DNA of 64,000 nt from Scyliorhinus canicula (lineage: Eukaryota). Position numbers and translations under genes: made by a program. Of the stretch, positions 26,403 through 39,495 are shown one piece after another. The notes beneath the pieces were generated by a model, which saw nothing but the letters and a program-made list of their open reading frames with translations, did not search any database and had not been told where the DNA came from. How positions within the stretch are numbered: position 1 is the stretch's first letter; each line of letters starts with the position of its first letter. Location: positions 17,285,238 through 17,349,237 of the forward strand of contig NC_052151.1 of assembly GCF_902713615.1 (NCBI RefSeq), written 5' to 3'.

Positions 26403-26437
<35 letters not shown>

Positions 26438-26920
26438 CAGTGGGATCCTGAAAGAAGGTTCAGCAGGGGGAGATACACAGCCAAAATTAGGAGAGACAGC
26501 AAGTGAGTCAGGGAGGCTTAGACGTTCTTGACCAGATAAGTCACAAGGGAGTATGGCAAGATTGAATGGATGCAAGTGTAATGCAAGGAGTCTGACCAAC
26601 ATGCTAGGTGAGTTGAGGGCACAAATTAAAACATGGGGGTTTGATGTTATTGCTGTCACTGAGACATGGTTAAGAGGGGGGCAGGATTGGAAGTTCAATA
26701 TTCCAGGATATAGGATCATCAGGCGAGACAGGGGTGTGGTAAGAAATAGGGGTGCTGCAATTTTGATCAGAAAATCAATTACAGCAGTAAGGAAGGACAA
26801 CATCATAGAAGCCTTACGGATACAAGTTTTAAACCAAAAAGGAGCAATCACATTGCTGGGAGTATTCTATAGGTTCCCCAATAGTCTGGAAAAAATAGAA
26901 GAGCAAATATGTAGGGAGGC
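26370..26920 (+). mobile_element. CR1 ORF1 end / ORF2 endonuclease N-terminal fragment
   Basis: NARSL..LGELRAQIKTWGFDVIAVTETWL..QDW..NIPGY..IRRDR. Confidence 0.85.
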
Positions 26921-26924
26921 AAGG

Positions 26925-27860
26925 CCAAGACGTCGGCTCCCAAGTTTTCTCTCAATTTCGCAAAAGTTTCAACTTGAAATATTTGGTCAGTTCCCTTTTT
27001 AAAGAAGATCGCCACATCTGGACTCATCAGCACCCTCATTTGTAATACTTCTGACATGATGCCAGCAAACCTCTGCCAGAAACATCTCAGCCTTGGACAT
27101 GCCCAAAACATATATATATGGTTCGCAGGACCCCTCTCACAGCACCCACACCTATCCTGCACCTCCTCAAGGAACCTGCTCATCCGGGTCACAGTCATGT
27201 GTGCCCTGTGGACCACTTGAAATTGTATCAGGCTGAGCCTGGCGTACGGCAAGGATGCATAAACTCTCCTCAGGACCTCCTCCCATAACCCAGCCTCCAA
27301 CTCCCCACCCAGCTCTTCCTCCACTTTCTTTTCACCTCCTCTATCGGGGCTCCCTCCCACTCCATCAGCTCCTTATAGATCTCCGAGACCTTCCCCTCTC
27401 CTACTCCTGTTCTCGACCACCTTATCCTGTAGCCCATTGGGCGGCAGGTACGGCAAGGTTGAAACCTGCCTCCACACAAAATCCCTCACCTGCAGGTAGC
27501 GGAAGCCATTCCCCCTGGCAACTCAAACACCTCCTCCAGCCTCAGGAAACCCTCATCAAAAAAGGGATGCCCAAATCTCCCGATCCCTGCCCGCATCCAC
27601 CCCGAAATGCCCCCTTGGAACAAACCGGTGGTTATCACATATGGGCACCCACACTGATGCCCCCTTTAATCCCATATGCTGCCTCCACTGTCCCCATACT
27701 TCAGGGCTGCCACTGCTATCGGGCTTGTGGAGTACCGAGATGGCGAGAACAGCAGAGGTGCCATCAATATTGCCCCCCAAACTAGTGTCCTTACATGAAC
27801 TCCACCCGTTCCCATACCTACCCCTCCCCCACTATCCACGTCTTGACCATCACAATATCA
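26925..27860 (-). mobile_element. L1-clade LINE ORF2 C-terminal fragment
   Basis: ARLSLIQFQVVHRAHMT..C..C..GPANHIYMFWACP; same family as 40226-42452. Confidence 0.85.
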
Positions 27861-28294
27861 AGTGCAGACTTGATGGGCTGAATGGCCTCATGCACTGGGG
27901 GATTCTGTGATTCACAAAGTATTCATTTAGAACCCTACCTACATCCTCTGGTTCCACACACAAATTACCACTCTGGTTCTTAATGGGCCCTACTCTTTCC
28001 CTAGTTATCCTTTTGCACTTACTGTACTTGTATAAAGCAGCTTAGGATATTCCTTTATTATACCTGCCAGTATACTTTCAAGTCCCGTTCTTACTCTCCT
28101 AATTTACTTTTTAAGTTCACTCTTGCACATTTTATACACCTTTCGTGCTTCTGCTGTTTCGAAGCCTCCCATTTCTTTTTATTCAATGCTGTATCTCCCC
28201 CGATATTCAGGGTTCACACTTTTTCTTTATTGGAACATGTTAGGCCTGTACTCTCCCTATTTCCTCCTCGAATGCGTCCCACTGTTCTGTCACA

Positions 28295-28299
<5 letters not shown>

Positions 28300-28332
<33 letters not shown>

Positions 28333-28500
28333 AGTAACACCTTTTCCCACCTGCGGGGTTTCACCGGGATCTCTGCATTCACCTTTTTGAAGAACACCTT
28401 GGGAATAAAGATTGGGAGACTCTGGAAAACAAACAAAAATCTTGGAAGGACTGTCATTTTAACTGTCTGTACCCGTCCCGCCAATGACGGGAGCAGACAC
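28300..28500 (-). mobile_element. L1-clade fragment
   Basis: LAGRVQTVKMTVLPRFLFVFQSLPIFIPK. Confidence 0.8.
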
Positions 28501-29506
28501 TTTTAAGTAAAGCTGAATTTCATCAACTATTACTGGGTGGCGAATAGTATGGTCAATTCACCTAGTTTGCACATCTTTTGGTGCGGAGAACCCGGCGAAA
28601 ACTGAAAAGGTAGAATTCCGAATGGACTACAGAAGATACAAAATGGATGCCGCCTGATATAAAATGAACTCTAAAAGTCAATATTCTTGACCCTATGTTA
28701 TTATCAGTGCCTTCTGCTGAAGTAGTAAAACTTTGTGCAAAACAAGTGATCCACAACCAGATGCATCTGGAGAGACAATGGGCAGTTGGCAACCTTTGCT
28801 CAATGCCTGTATTCTTAGCTATTTGTAACTGACAAAGGAGCCCCAAATTAAGGAACTAGCAAGGAATGAGGAAGGACATGTTTCAACGTGGCTGGGCTAT
28901 TGACCCCATGGCTTTATGTAACCGTTATCTATGTAATGAATTGATTGGGTAAGGCAAACTTCCAATTAGAGGCTATAGGAGCTAACTTGTAGCCATTTAT
29001 GGCATTAAAGATGCATGTCATGAATTTTGACACAAACAGAATTGATTGGGTAAATGTAAATGCAAACCAATTCCGCTTTCCTTCTGTATATTAACCCAGT
29101 GCGACCTCAGCTCAGGTGAGAAAAGGTGCTGCACAGACCAGGCTCTACAAACATCCCCATCCTCAATGATGGAGGAGCCATATATGTGCAAAAGACAAGG
29201 CTGAAGCATTTGCAAAAATCTTCAGTCAGACACACCGAATGATGATCCATCTCGGCCTTCTTTTGAGGTCCCCAGCATCACAGATGTCAGTCTTCAGCCA
29301 ATTTGATTCACTCATGCAATATCAAGAAATGGCTGAAGGCACTGAATACTGAAAAGGCGATGTTCCCTGATAATATTCCAGCAATAGAACTGAAGATTTG
29401 TTGTCCAGACCTTGCCGTACCCCTAGCCCTACTGTTCTAGGACAGCTGCAATACCAACATCTACCCAGCAATGTGGAAAACTGCCCAGGTGTGTCATTTA
29501 CACAAG

Positions 29507-29702
29507 GTTAAAGTTCAACAGGTTTGTTTCGAATCACTAGCTTTCAGAGCGCAGCTCCTTCCTCAGGTGATCAGATTCACCTGATGAAGGAGCTGCGCTC
29601 CAAAAGCTAATGATTCGAAACAAACCTGTTGGACTTTAACCTGGTGTTGTAAGACATCTCACTGTGCCCACCCCAGTCCAACGCCGGCATCTCCACATCA
29701 TG
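29507..29702 (+). mobile_element. Palindromic non-autonomous Penelope-derived element nested in LINE-B
   Basis: Inverted repeat ~29505-29642 plus the same tail as the 15249 copy; 8-bp TSD TACACAAG (29499-29506 / 29703-29710). Confidence 0.85.
29532..29572 (-). ncRNA. Minimal type I hammerhead ribozyme motif
   Basis: GAUCAC-CUGAGGA-A-GGAGC(UGC)GCUCU-GAAA-GCU-A-GUGAUU with 6-bp stem I; the plus-strand mirror core (29581-29609) has GAAA>AAAA. Confidence 0.7.
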
Positions 29703-31344
29703 TACACAAGAAACAGGACAAATTTAACCCAGCCAATTACCGCCTTATCAGTCTATTCGGCATCTTCAGCAAAGTGATGGAAGGAGTCCTCAACAGTGCT
29801 ATCATGCGGCACTCACTCAGCAATAACCTGCTCACGGAGGCTCAGCCAGGGTCACTCAGCTCCTGACCTCATTGCAACATTAGTTCGAACATGGACAAAA
29901 GAGTAGAATGCCAGAGATGAGGTTTGAGTGACCGCCCTTGACATCAAGGCAGCATTTGACCAAGTACATAAAGGAGCCCTAGCTAAACAGGAGTTAATGG
30001 GAATCGAGAAGAAAATCTCCGCTGGTTGGAGTCACACCTGACACAAAGGAAAATGTATGGTGATTGGAGGTCAATCATCTCAGCTCCAGGACATCACTGC
30101 AAGGGTTCCTCAGGGTTCCTGTGCCAAACCATCTTTAGCTGCTTCATCAATGACCTTTCTTCCATCATAAGATCAGAAGTGGGGATGTTCGCAGATGACT
30201 GCACAATGTTCAGCACCATTCGGAGTCCTCAGACAATGAAGCAGTCCATGCCCAAATGCAGCAAGTCCTGGACAATTTCCAGGCCAGGGCTGACAAGTGG
30301 CAAGTTACATTTGTGCCACACAAGTTCCAGACAATGACCATCTCCTACAAGAGAGGATCTAACAATTACCTCTTAACATTCAATGGCATTGCTATCGCTG
30401 AACCCCCGCAAATCAACATCCCTGGGGGTTACCACTGATGAGAAACTGAACTGTACTAGCCACATTAGTACTGTAGCTACTAAGGCATGTCAAAGGCTAG
30501 GAATCGTATGACGAGCAACTCACTTCCTGACCCCCCCCGCCAAGCCTGTCCACCATCTACAAGGCGCAAGTCAGGAATGTACTTGCCTGGATGAGTGCAG
30601 CTCCAACAACACTCAAGAAGCTCGTCACCATCCAGGGTAAAGCAGCCCGCTTGATTGCCCCCCCTTCCACAAACATTCAAACCCTCCAATACTGAACTTT
30701 GGCAGCCGTGTACACCATCTACAAGATGCACAGCAGTAACTCGCCAAGGTTCCTTAGACAGCACCTTCCAAACCCATGACAACTACCATCTAGAAGGGCA
30801 AGAGCAGCAGATACCTAGAAACCCCACCACCTGCAAGTTCCCCTCCAAGTCACTCACCACCCTGACTTGGAAATATATTGCCTAGTCACTGGGGCAGAAT
30901 CCTGGAACTCCCTCGCTTACAGCACTGTGGGTGTACTTACACGTTGGGACTGCAGCGGTTCAAGAAGGCAGTTCACCACCACATTCTGAAGGGCAAATAG
31001 GGATGGGCAATAAATGCTGGCCTAACCAGTGACACCTGCATCCCACAAAATGAATTTTTAAAAGTATCTCAGCTTTTACCCCACATTCGCATGGGCCTAT
31101 GAAGTCATCAGTTCTTTGCAAATCTGTTTGCAACACAAATGACAAACATGGAGATATGTAATAAGCTCTCCTTTTCTATGTGAATGCACGGAGTGTACAA
31201 AGCTAGTTAATCCAGTAATTTCTGCTTCCCCCACTTACTGTTTTAATTACTAATAAAAACCAGTTCCCCAATGCCTCAGTGGGTAAATAGAGCTTCTGGT
31301 ATATTTGACTATGCAGACAAAGAAGATGCAAAGTTGTGTCATTG

Positions 31345-31518
31345 ATGTGGGTGTCACTGGCTAGGACCACATTTATTGCCCATTCCCAATTGTCCATCAG
31401 GTGATGATGCGCCACCTTGAATCGCTGCAGCCCATATGGTGTAGATACACCCATAATGCTGTTAGGGAAGGAGTTTCAGGATTCTGATCAGTGACAGTGA
31501 AGGAATGGTGGTATATAG
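31345..31518 (-). mobile_element. LINE-B 3' tail
   Basis: Reverse complement of ~30880-31045. Confidence 0.7.
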
Positions 31519-31519
31519 C

Positions 31520-32150
31520 ACATAGACAGTACAGGCCCTTCAGCCCACAATGTTGCACTGACCACTTATCCTAATCCAAGATCAACCTAACCTACACCCC
31601 TTCAATTTACTGCTATCAATGTGCCGTCTAAGAATCACTTAAATGCCTCTAATGACTGTCTACACAACCTCTGCTGGCAGTGCATTCCACGCACCCACCA
31701 TTCTCTGTGTAAAGAACCAAACTCTGACATCTCCCCTATACCTTCCTACAATCACCTTAAAATTGTGTCCCCCTCATAGCAGCCATTTCCACCCTGGGAA
31801 AAAGTCTCTGGCTATCCACCCTATCCATGCCTCTCATCACTTTGTACACCTCTATCAAGTCACCTCTCTTCCTTCTTCTCTCCAGTGAGAAAAACCCTAG
31901 CTCAATCAACCTTTCTTCTAAGGCCATACCATCCAGTCCCGGCAACATCCTGGTAAATTTCATCTGCACCCTCTCCAAAGCATCCACATCCTTCCTATAA
32001 TGAGGCAACCAGAACTGGACACAATATTCCAAGTGTGGTCTAACCAGGAATTTATAAAGCTGCAGCAAACCTCGCGGCTCTTAAACTCAATCCCCCTGTT
32101 AATGAAAGTCAACACACCATACGCCTTCTTAACAACCCTATCAACCTGGG
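31520..32150 (-). mobile_element. CR1/HER1 3' fragment
   Basis: LYKFLVRPHLEYCVQFW...LERRRKRGDLIEVYK. Confidence 0.9.
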
Positions 32151-32159
32151 GGTGTTACC

Positions 32160-33690
32160 TTTTTGCCTTGCTAGATCCAGCTTTCATTACTTCAGAATCC
32201 AGGTGGCCATGATTGGGCCTCGTTTCACAAATTAAATTATACTAGTCTGGTTAATGGGGTCAAATCAGGAGTAGGATAACCTCCCCTATTCAATGGCGAG
32301 CAAGGTCCAGATTATAAAATGAATGTGCTCAAGGGTTTTATTTCATTTGCAATGTCTCCCGACATACTTCCATGTCAAAATTAATAAATTAGTTGGGCGG
32401 GTAAGTCCCAACTCCATGGGGCACCCTCCAAACAAATAAGCAATCAGGAGGTTTGGTTTTAATCAATTTTCTTTTTTTGTTGGGCAGCCAATATTGAGAA
32501 GATAATAGGGTTGTTTAGTGATCCGGTTCCATGTGGGGCAAATGGAGCAGAGTTCCTGTAAGGATTCTAACCTTGGTGCACTAGTAACTGTATTACTGCA
32601 CTTCTCTGGCAAAATGTTCCTAGAATCCAGTAGTGGTGTCCACACTGAGAATCTGGAAGCAGTTCAGACAACTTTTCAAAACTTAGTGTCATGTCTGTGC
32701 TGGCCCCTATCTGCAACAACCACCTCTTTTTGCCAGCGGGTCTACACTCAATGTTAAGGTCATGGGAGGGGAAGAGTTTGAAGAGGTTTGGGGACTTGTT
32801 CCTGAAGGGAAGGTTAGTCAGCTTTAAAGGAGTTGTCGGATACATTTGAACTCCCTGGTTTCATTCTGTTTATACATGTTAAGATTTGCGATTCTTCGTG
32901 CAAGGCTTTGCCCTTAGCACCACCCTCCCCCATGTAGAAGATGATTTTGGTCTTTGGCCGGGTCTATTGTGGGGATTATTTTGTGCATATGCAGCCAGAT
33001 CCCATCAGCGGAGTTGGCTCCATTGAAGGTGGTAAATGAGAAATGGGAGGGTGAATTGGGTACTATTCTGGATGAGGTACAGAGCGAGGCTCTTCACAGG
33101 GTCAATTCCATGTCTTGTGCTCCGTTTAGTCTGATCCAGTTCAAGGTGGTGCACACGGCTCATCTGACCAGGGCAAGGATGAGCGGATTTTTTCTCTGGG
33201 GTGAGCATTGTTCTCGGGGTCCAGCTGAACACACTCATATGTTCTGGTCCTGTCCCAAGTTAGCAAGCTTTTGGGTCTCTTTCTTCAACTATGTCAGAGA
33301 TACTTAATGTCGATCTGGATCCATGTCCTCTGGTAGCCATTTTCAGGGTATCAGATTCACGGTGCTGCAGACAGGGGTGAAGGTGATGACTTCTCCTTTG
33401 CCTCATTAATAGTCCGGAGAGGAGTTCTGCTTGGGTGGAGGTCTCCTGCTCTGCCCAGTGCCTCGGCTTGGTTGGGTGACCTCATGTCATTTTTATATTT
33501 GGAGAAGGTCAAATACACATTAAGGGGTTGATGGAAGGGTTCTACTGAGGATGGCAGCCATTAATTTCATTTTTTAAAGAGCTAGTCATCATTAGTTAAT
33601 GGGTTTAATTAATTTGCGCTTTTTGTTCGTCGTGTTCATTGCCATTGTAACTTGATTTGTTTCATATCATTTTTGTTTATAATTAAAACA
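32160..33690 (+). mobile_element. Older L1-clade fragment (ORF2 C-terminus plus 3' UTR)
   Basis: FSLIQFKVVHTAHLT...CSRGPAEHTHMFWSCPKL; FLYLEKVKY. Confidence 0.75.
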
Positions 33691-33767
33691 TTTTAATGAC
33701 AAAATTGACTGAATGGCTGTGCTTGCGTGTTGCATCATTTTAGGATGTGCATTAGAGACCATGTTCC

Positions 33768-34532
33768 ATAATAGAACAAAGAAAATGACAGCACAGGAAC
33801 AGGCCCTTCGGCCCTCCCAGCCTGCGCCGATCCAGATCCTTTATCTAAACCTGTCCCCTATTTTCCAAGGTCTACTTCCCTCTGTTCCCGCCCGTTCATA
33901 TACCTGTCTAGATGCCTCTTAAATGATGCTATCGTGCCCGCCTCTACCACCTCCGCTGGTAAAGCGTTCCAGGCACCCACCACCCTCTCCGTAAAAAACT
34001 TTCCACGCACATCTCCCTTAAACTTCCCCCCCCCCCTCACCTTGAAATCGTGACCCCTTGTAACTGACACCCCCGCTCTTGGAAAAAGCTTGTTGCTATC
34101 CACCCTGTCCATACCCCTCATAATTTTGTAGACCTCAATCAGGTCCCCCCTCAACCTACGTCTTTCCAACGAAAACAATCTTAATCTACCCAACCTTTCT
34201 TCATAGCTAGCACCCTCCATACCAGGCAACATCCTGGTGAACCTCCTCTGCACCCTCTCTAAAGGATCCACATCCATCTGGTAATGTGGCGACCAGAACT
34301 GCACGCAGTATTCCAAATGTGGCCTAACCAAAGTCCTATACAACTGTAACATGACCTGCCGACTCTTGTACTAAATACCCCGTCCGATGCTGTATGCCTT
34401 CTTGACCACTCTATCAACCTGCGTTGCCACCTTCAGGGTACAATGGACCTGAACTCCCAGATCTCTCTGTACATCAATTTTCCCCAGGACTCTTCCATTG
34501 ACCGTATAGTCCGCTCTTGAATTGGATCTTCT
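33768..34532 (-). mobile_element. Young CR1/HER1 3' fragment
   Basis: 164-aa ORF LYRTLVRPHLEYCVQFWSP...VVGAWNALP; TTCTTTGTTCT tail. Confidence 0.92.
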
Positions 34533-34666
34533 GTTAAAATGTGTTAGATAATGTTAAGTGATTCAATCAGATAGTACCAACGCACAGAACCCAATCACAT
34601 TCCAATAATGACCTCAATCGGAGTTGGGTGGCATTGCCAAATTATCTTCAAGTTACAATATTAACT

Positions 34667-34840
34667 GAGCTAGTTTAGCACTGGGCTAAAGAGCTGGCTT
34701 GCAACGCAGAATAATGCCAGCAGCGCAGGTTCAATTCCCGTACCGGCTTCCCCGAACAGGCACTGGAATGTGGCGACTAGGGGCTTTTCACAGTAACTTA
34801 ATTGAAGCCTACTTGTGACAATAAGCGATTATTATTATTA
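34667..34840 (+). mobile_element. SINE family C
   Basis: Same head and tail as 17377. Confidence 0.85.
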
Positions 34841-35639
34841 TGATGATGTGCCTGCGCCCAGGTAGCAAGAATACTGGCACATAGACATGATGTCACCACC
34901 ATGTCAGTTTGACTTGGGTGTCATAGTGGCTGCATTCCAAGACAAGAGATCTACAATAGGGTGAACTGTGCTGACCATTGTACCCAATCTCAATAGTACT
35001 CCGAGGGATCCTTGTCACAGTCAAACTAAGGGCAAGTGTAAATGGGAGGACAAGGTGCACGGCATCCACAGAAAATGTGTTGAGAACAGCTCAAACGTAA
35101 CCCATTAGCTCACAGGATAACACTATCCTGCTTCAGATTTCAAAATGCATCCCTCTCGCTTTCAAACACACAGAACCCTCTTACAATTTATTTATAAATA
35201 CATTTTAAAAACTTTTAAACAGCCAACCACTTCAAATCTGTAGAACTACTGTTGCTACAATTCATTTACTGGGAAAGTAACGCTTAAGCAGACGTCAGTA
35301 GCATAGTCAATATCTCCCACTAGTGTACTTGGTGCACCGTCTGTCCGTTAAATGGACAATAGGAATAGGATCACATTTTCTACAGCATCAAAAGCTTCTC
35401 TTGGGACCCATGAAAACTCAGATACTGTCCATGGGGCATTTGTGGTTTCCTTTATTGGAATGGAAACACAATACAAAAAAAAAGTGTGTGACTTTACAAC
35501 GTGAAATTATAAATATTTTTTAAAAATCCTTCATTTGGTGTTGCAGTTTTACTTGAACTTTATTTAACAGCAGGCTCTAATCATTTAGAGTAAGGTGCTT
35601 AAATGAAGCAACACAAGGGGCAGATAGATATAATGGAAT

Positions 35640-37510
35640 GAGGGGAACACAACAACAACTTTATTCACACTAAGTAAATTTAAAAGGCAATGTCGTGGTC
35701 CAGGAAGTTGGACCAGCATTGACAATGTGACATTGGAAGTTGTTGACAGCTGCACATATCTAGGCTCCATAATCACAAGTAATCTGTCATTTGATGCTGA
35801 AAACAGTACACGCATCATGGAAGCTGCAGCTATTACGTCCAAGCTGAGTGAGACAGAGTGTGGAATAACAGAAACCTGATCGAGAACAATAAATGCGAGT
35901 CTGTCAAGCCGAAATTCTCCAGACACTCTCCTACAGTGGTGAGACCAGGAGAACATATTAGATAGGAGCCTTGGCATCTCTTGGCAAGACAAGGGGTTCT
36001 GGAGAGTGCTCGTTCCATCAGCATATATTCATTGCTGAGCTAACATCGGTGCTGGCTCCACCACATTCAACAAATGGATGATGTACACACAAAGTGCTTC
36101 TGTATGATAAACTGGCCACTCGATTACAACTTCTTGGTTATCCATACTTCTGCTACAGAATGTCTGTAAGCGTGATATGAATGTTGAATTTGACTGAATT
36201 CTTTGAGGAGGTAACTAAGTGTGTAGATGAAGGTAGAGCAGTTGATGTTGTATAGATAGATTTTAGTAAGGTGTTTGATAAGGTCCCCCATGGTCAGCTC
36301 ATGAAGAAAGTAAGGTACTGTGGATAAGTAACCAATTAGATAAGTAACTGGCTATCACATAGAAGACAGAGGGTGGTGGTGGATGGAAAATTTTCAGACT
36401 GGAGACCAGTTACCACGGTGTACCACAGGGATCAGTGCTGGGTCCTCTGATATTTGTGATTTTCATCAATGACTTGGAGGAGGGGGCTGAAGGGTGGGTC
36501 AGTAAATTTGCTGATGACACCAAGATTGGTGGAGTAGTGGAGGGCTGTTGTAGGCTGCAAAGAGACATTGATAGGATGCAGAGCTGGGCCGAAAAATGGC
36601 AGATGGAGTTTAACCCTGATAAGTGTGAGGTGATTCATTTTGGTAGTAGAAATTTGAATGTGGATTACAGGGTCAACGGCAGGGTTCTGAGGAATGTGGA
36701 GGAACAGAGAGATCTTGGGGTTCATGTCCACAGATCTCTGAAGGTTGCCACTCAACTGGATAGAGCCGTGAAGAAGGCCGAAAGTGTGTTAGCGTTTATT
36801 AACAGAGGGCTTGAGTTTAAGAGCCGCAGGGTTATGCTGCAACTGTACATGACCCTGGTGAGACCACATTTGGAGTAGTGTGTGCAGTTCTGGTCACCTC
36901 ATTATAAAAGAAGGATGTGGAAGCATTGGAAAGGGTGCAAAGGAGATTTACCAGGATGCCGCCTGGTTTGCAGGGTAGGTCTTATGAGGAAAAGTTGAGG
37001 GAGCTAGGGCTTTTCTCTTTGGAGCGGAGGAGGATGAGGGGCGACTTAATAGAGGTTTATAAGATGATGAGGGGGTTAGATAGAGTGGACGTTCAGAGAC
37101 TATTTCCTCGGGTGGAGGTAGCTGTTACAAGGGGGCATAACTATAAGATTCAGGGTGGGAGATATAGGAGGGATATCCGAGGTAGGTTCTTTACTCAGAG
37201 TGTGGTTAGGGTGTGGAATGGACTGCCTGCTGTGATAGTGGAGTCGGACACTTTAGGAACTTTCAAGCGGTTATTGGATAGGCACACCAGAATGACAGGG
37301 AGTGGGATAGCTTGATCTTGGTTTCGGACAACATAGAGGGCCGAAGGGCCTGTTCTGTGCTGTACTGTTCTATCTATCTAATGTGGTGGACATTGACACT
37401 GACAACTGGGTGACGATGACCTCTGAAAGCTGACTGTTTGGAGAGGTATTGAAAGAGGTGAGCAGAAACAAAAAGCTCAGTTGACAAACAAGAGGCCAGC
37501 AAACTGTGCA
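35640..37510 (+). mobile_element. Old RTE LINE interrupted by HER1 (36185-37379)
   Basis: LEVVDSCTYLGSIITSNLSFDAE; CKRDMN|VVDIDTDNW reads through once the insertion is removed. Confidence 0.75.
36185..37379 (+). mobile_element. 5'-truncated HER1/CR1 LINE copy 1
   Basis: NLTEFFEEVT...SKFADDTKIGG...RPHLE*; AATGT TSD at 36180-36184 / 37380-37384. Confidence 0.92.
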
Positions 37511-38047
37511 AAAGATGATCAAAGTGGGGCACCTGAGTCACACCTTTTATTCTTTAATGGAGTATGGACATTAATGGCTAGGTATTTACTGTCCACTCTA
37601 ACAGCCCTCGAGAAGGTGCTGGTGAGCTGCCTTCTTGAACCGCTACAGTCCATGTGCAATACAGTTACCATCAGGCACAAACCATTGTCTTCTCCACTGC
37701 AACTCATCCACACACCGATGATTTGCTTCACAACTAATTAATTATTGCATAGGCAAACATCACCACATCAACAGCACTGCCATCATCGGCCCTCTGTTAC
37801 TTCTTGCTAGAGTGCATTAAACATCGTTTTCCTTTAAGAAATCCTTGTGAGGGTTCCTTAATTCACCTGCAGTTTTCCCATGTATAAACAAGACAATTCA
37901 TGCATAAACAATGAAAATTCTAGTTGATTTTTTTGCTGAGATAAGAGGGCTCATCAACTTGGATGTTGCCACTCCTGGCTTTAGCTGGATGAACACAGCT
38001 CCCGCAAAACCAGATGCAGTACAAGCAGAAGAATAGATATGGCTTAC

Positions 38048-38210
38048 CTTCACAAGTACTGCAAGAAGCAAAATACCCAAGCATCGGAAACCTTAAACAA
38101 ATAGCAGCACAAACTGGAAAGTCCAGAGGCCGGCATCCAGATAGAAGACAATGAAAAAGCCGGCTGGAAATAATATCTTGACCTTCCCTTCTATGGAATG
38201 GCAGACAGTT
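38048..38210 (-). CDS. Candidate 163-nt exon of an unidentified host gene (NCLPFHRREG...PMLGYFASCSTCE; possibly a partly 5'-UTR exon starting at MLGYF)
   Basis: cctcccactctctcctttAG acceptor and strong AAG|GTAAGC donor; one open frame ending in phase 1; unique sequence. Confidence 0.5.
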
Positions 38211-38754
38211 CTAAAGGAGAGAGTGGGAGGCCATCACCAAGGAAAATTTTACATAGCTTGCTAATTTTACATGTTTTAGCGCTGTGAGGGGAGTTGAATC
38301 TCTGTGTGGGGAGCACAGAAAATTTAAACTTGGAAGGAAATCTCAGAACTACTCTTTGACTAAAGAGCACTAGGTCTTTTTTTTTTTAAATCTGCTTTTT
38401 GTTGGGGTGAATAAACAGGAGCTCTTAAAATTATCAAATATCTTGGACAGGTGTTAAGGCAAAAAGCTCCAAGTAAATTTACTATTGATTCAGACAAAAC
38501 CTCACCTACCTATCCCGAAAAAAGTTTATCGTGAAAGCCTAGGTTATTCTATCTCAAAAGGAATTATAATTTGTCCTGCTTTGTTCAGGAAGTCAGATTT
38601 TGCATTTCTAGCCATGTAGGGGGACTGGATGGAATTCCAAGACAGAATATTTACTCCAACATCTGACTTGTTCAGAAATTATTCATTTCTAACATTTCAG
38701 TGCTGTAAATACTATTTGATGCCATGTCATTCTACGTATTCAAAATCAAAGGTG

Positions 38755-39495
38755 AAGCCCGCCTCCCATCCACTGACTGTCTACACCGCTCGCTGCCTTG
38801 GGAAAGCGGGCAGCATAATCAAAGACCCCTCCCACCCAGGTTATTCTCTCTTCTAACTTCTTCCATTGGCAGGAGATACAAATGTTTGAGAACAATCACC
38901 AATAAATTCAAAAACAGCTTCTCCCCCGCTGTTACCAGACTCCTAAATAGCCCTCTTATGGACTGAAGTGATCTTTCCACGCATCTTCTCTACAGTTTAC
39001 ATAGAATTTACAGTGCAGGAGGCCATTCGGCCCATCAAGTCTGCACCGGCTCCTGGAAAGAGCAGCCTACCCAAGGTTAACACCTCCACCCTATCCCCAT
39101 AACCCAGTAACCCCACCCAACACTAAGGGCAATTTTGGACACGAAGGGCAATTTAGTCTGGCCAATCCACCTAACCTGCACATCTTTGGACTGTGGGAGG
39201 AAACCGGAGCACCTGGAGGAAACCCACGCACACATGGGGAGGATGTGCAGGCTCCGCACAGACAGTGACCCAAGCCGGAATCGAACCTGGGACCCTGGAG
39301 CTGTGAAGCGATTGTGCTATCCACAATGCTACCGTGCTGCCCTACACTCTGTACGCTTCATTCAATGTCTCTGTTTATGTATTTACATTGTGTATTTAAA
39401 GCATGTTCTATGTTTTCATGTATGGATGATCTGCCTGGACTGAATGCAGAACAATACTTTTCACTGTACCTCAGTACACGTGACAAGAAGTCTAA
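38755..39495 (+). mobile_element. Rex1/Babar 3' end with nested HE1 SINE
   Basis: RCLGKAGSIIKDPSHPGYSLF..GRRYKCLRT.TNKFKNSF. Confidence 0.8.
38998..39342 (-). mobile_element. HE1-like SINE, full length, young
   Basis: Near-identical to 13174-13520. Confidence 0.9.

Larger units (their letters stand above)
29100..31060 (+). mobile_element. Jockey/L2-CR1-group LINE-B, RT to 3' tail
   Basis: ALDIKAAFD, FSCFINDL..IRSEVGMFADDCT, WQVTFVPHK; tail GGGCAATAAATGCTGGCC...AATGAAT. Confidence 0.85.
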
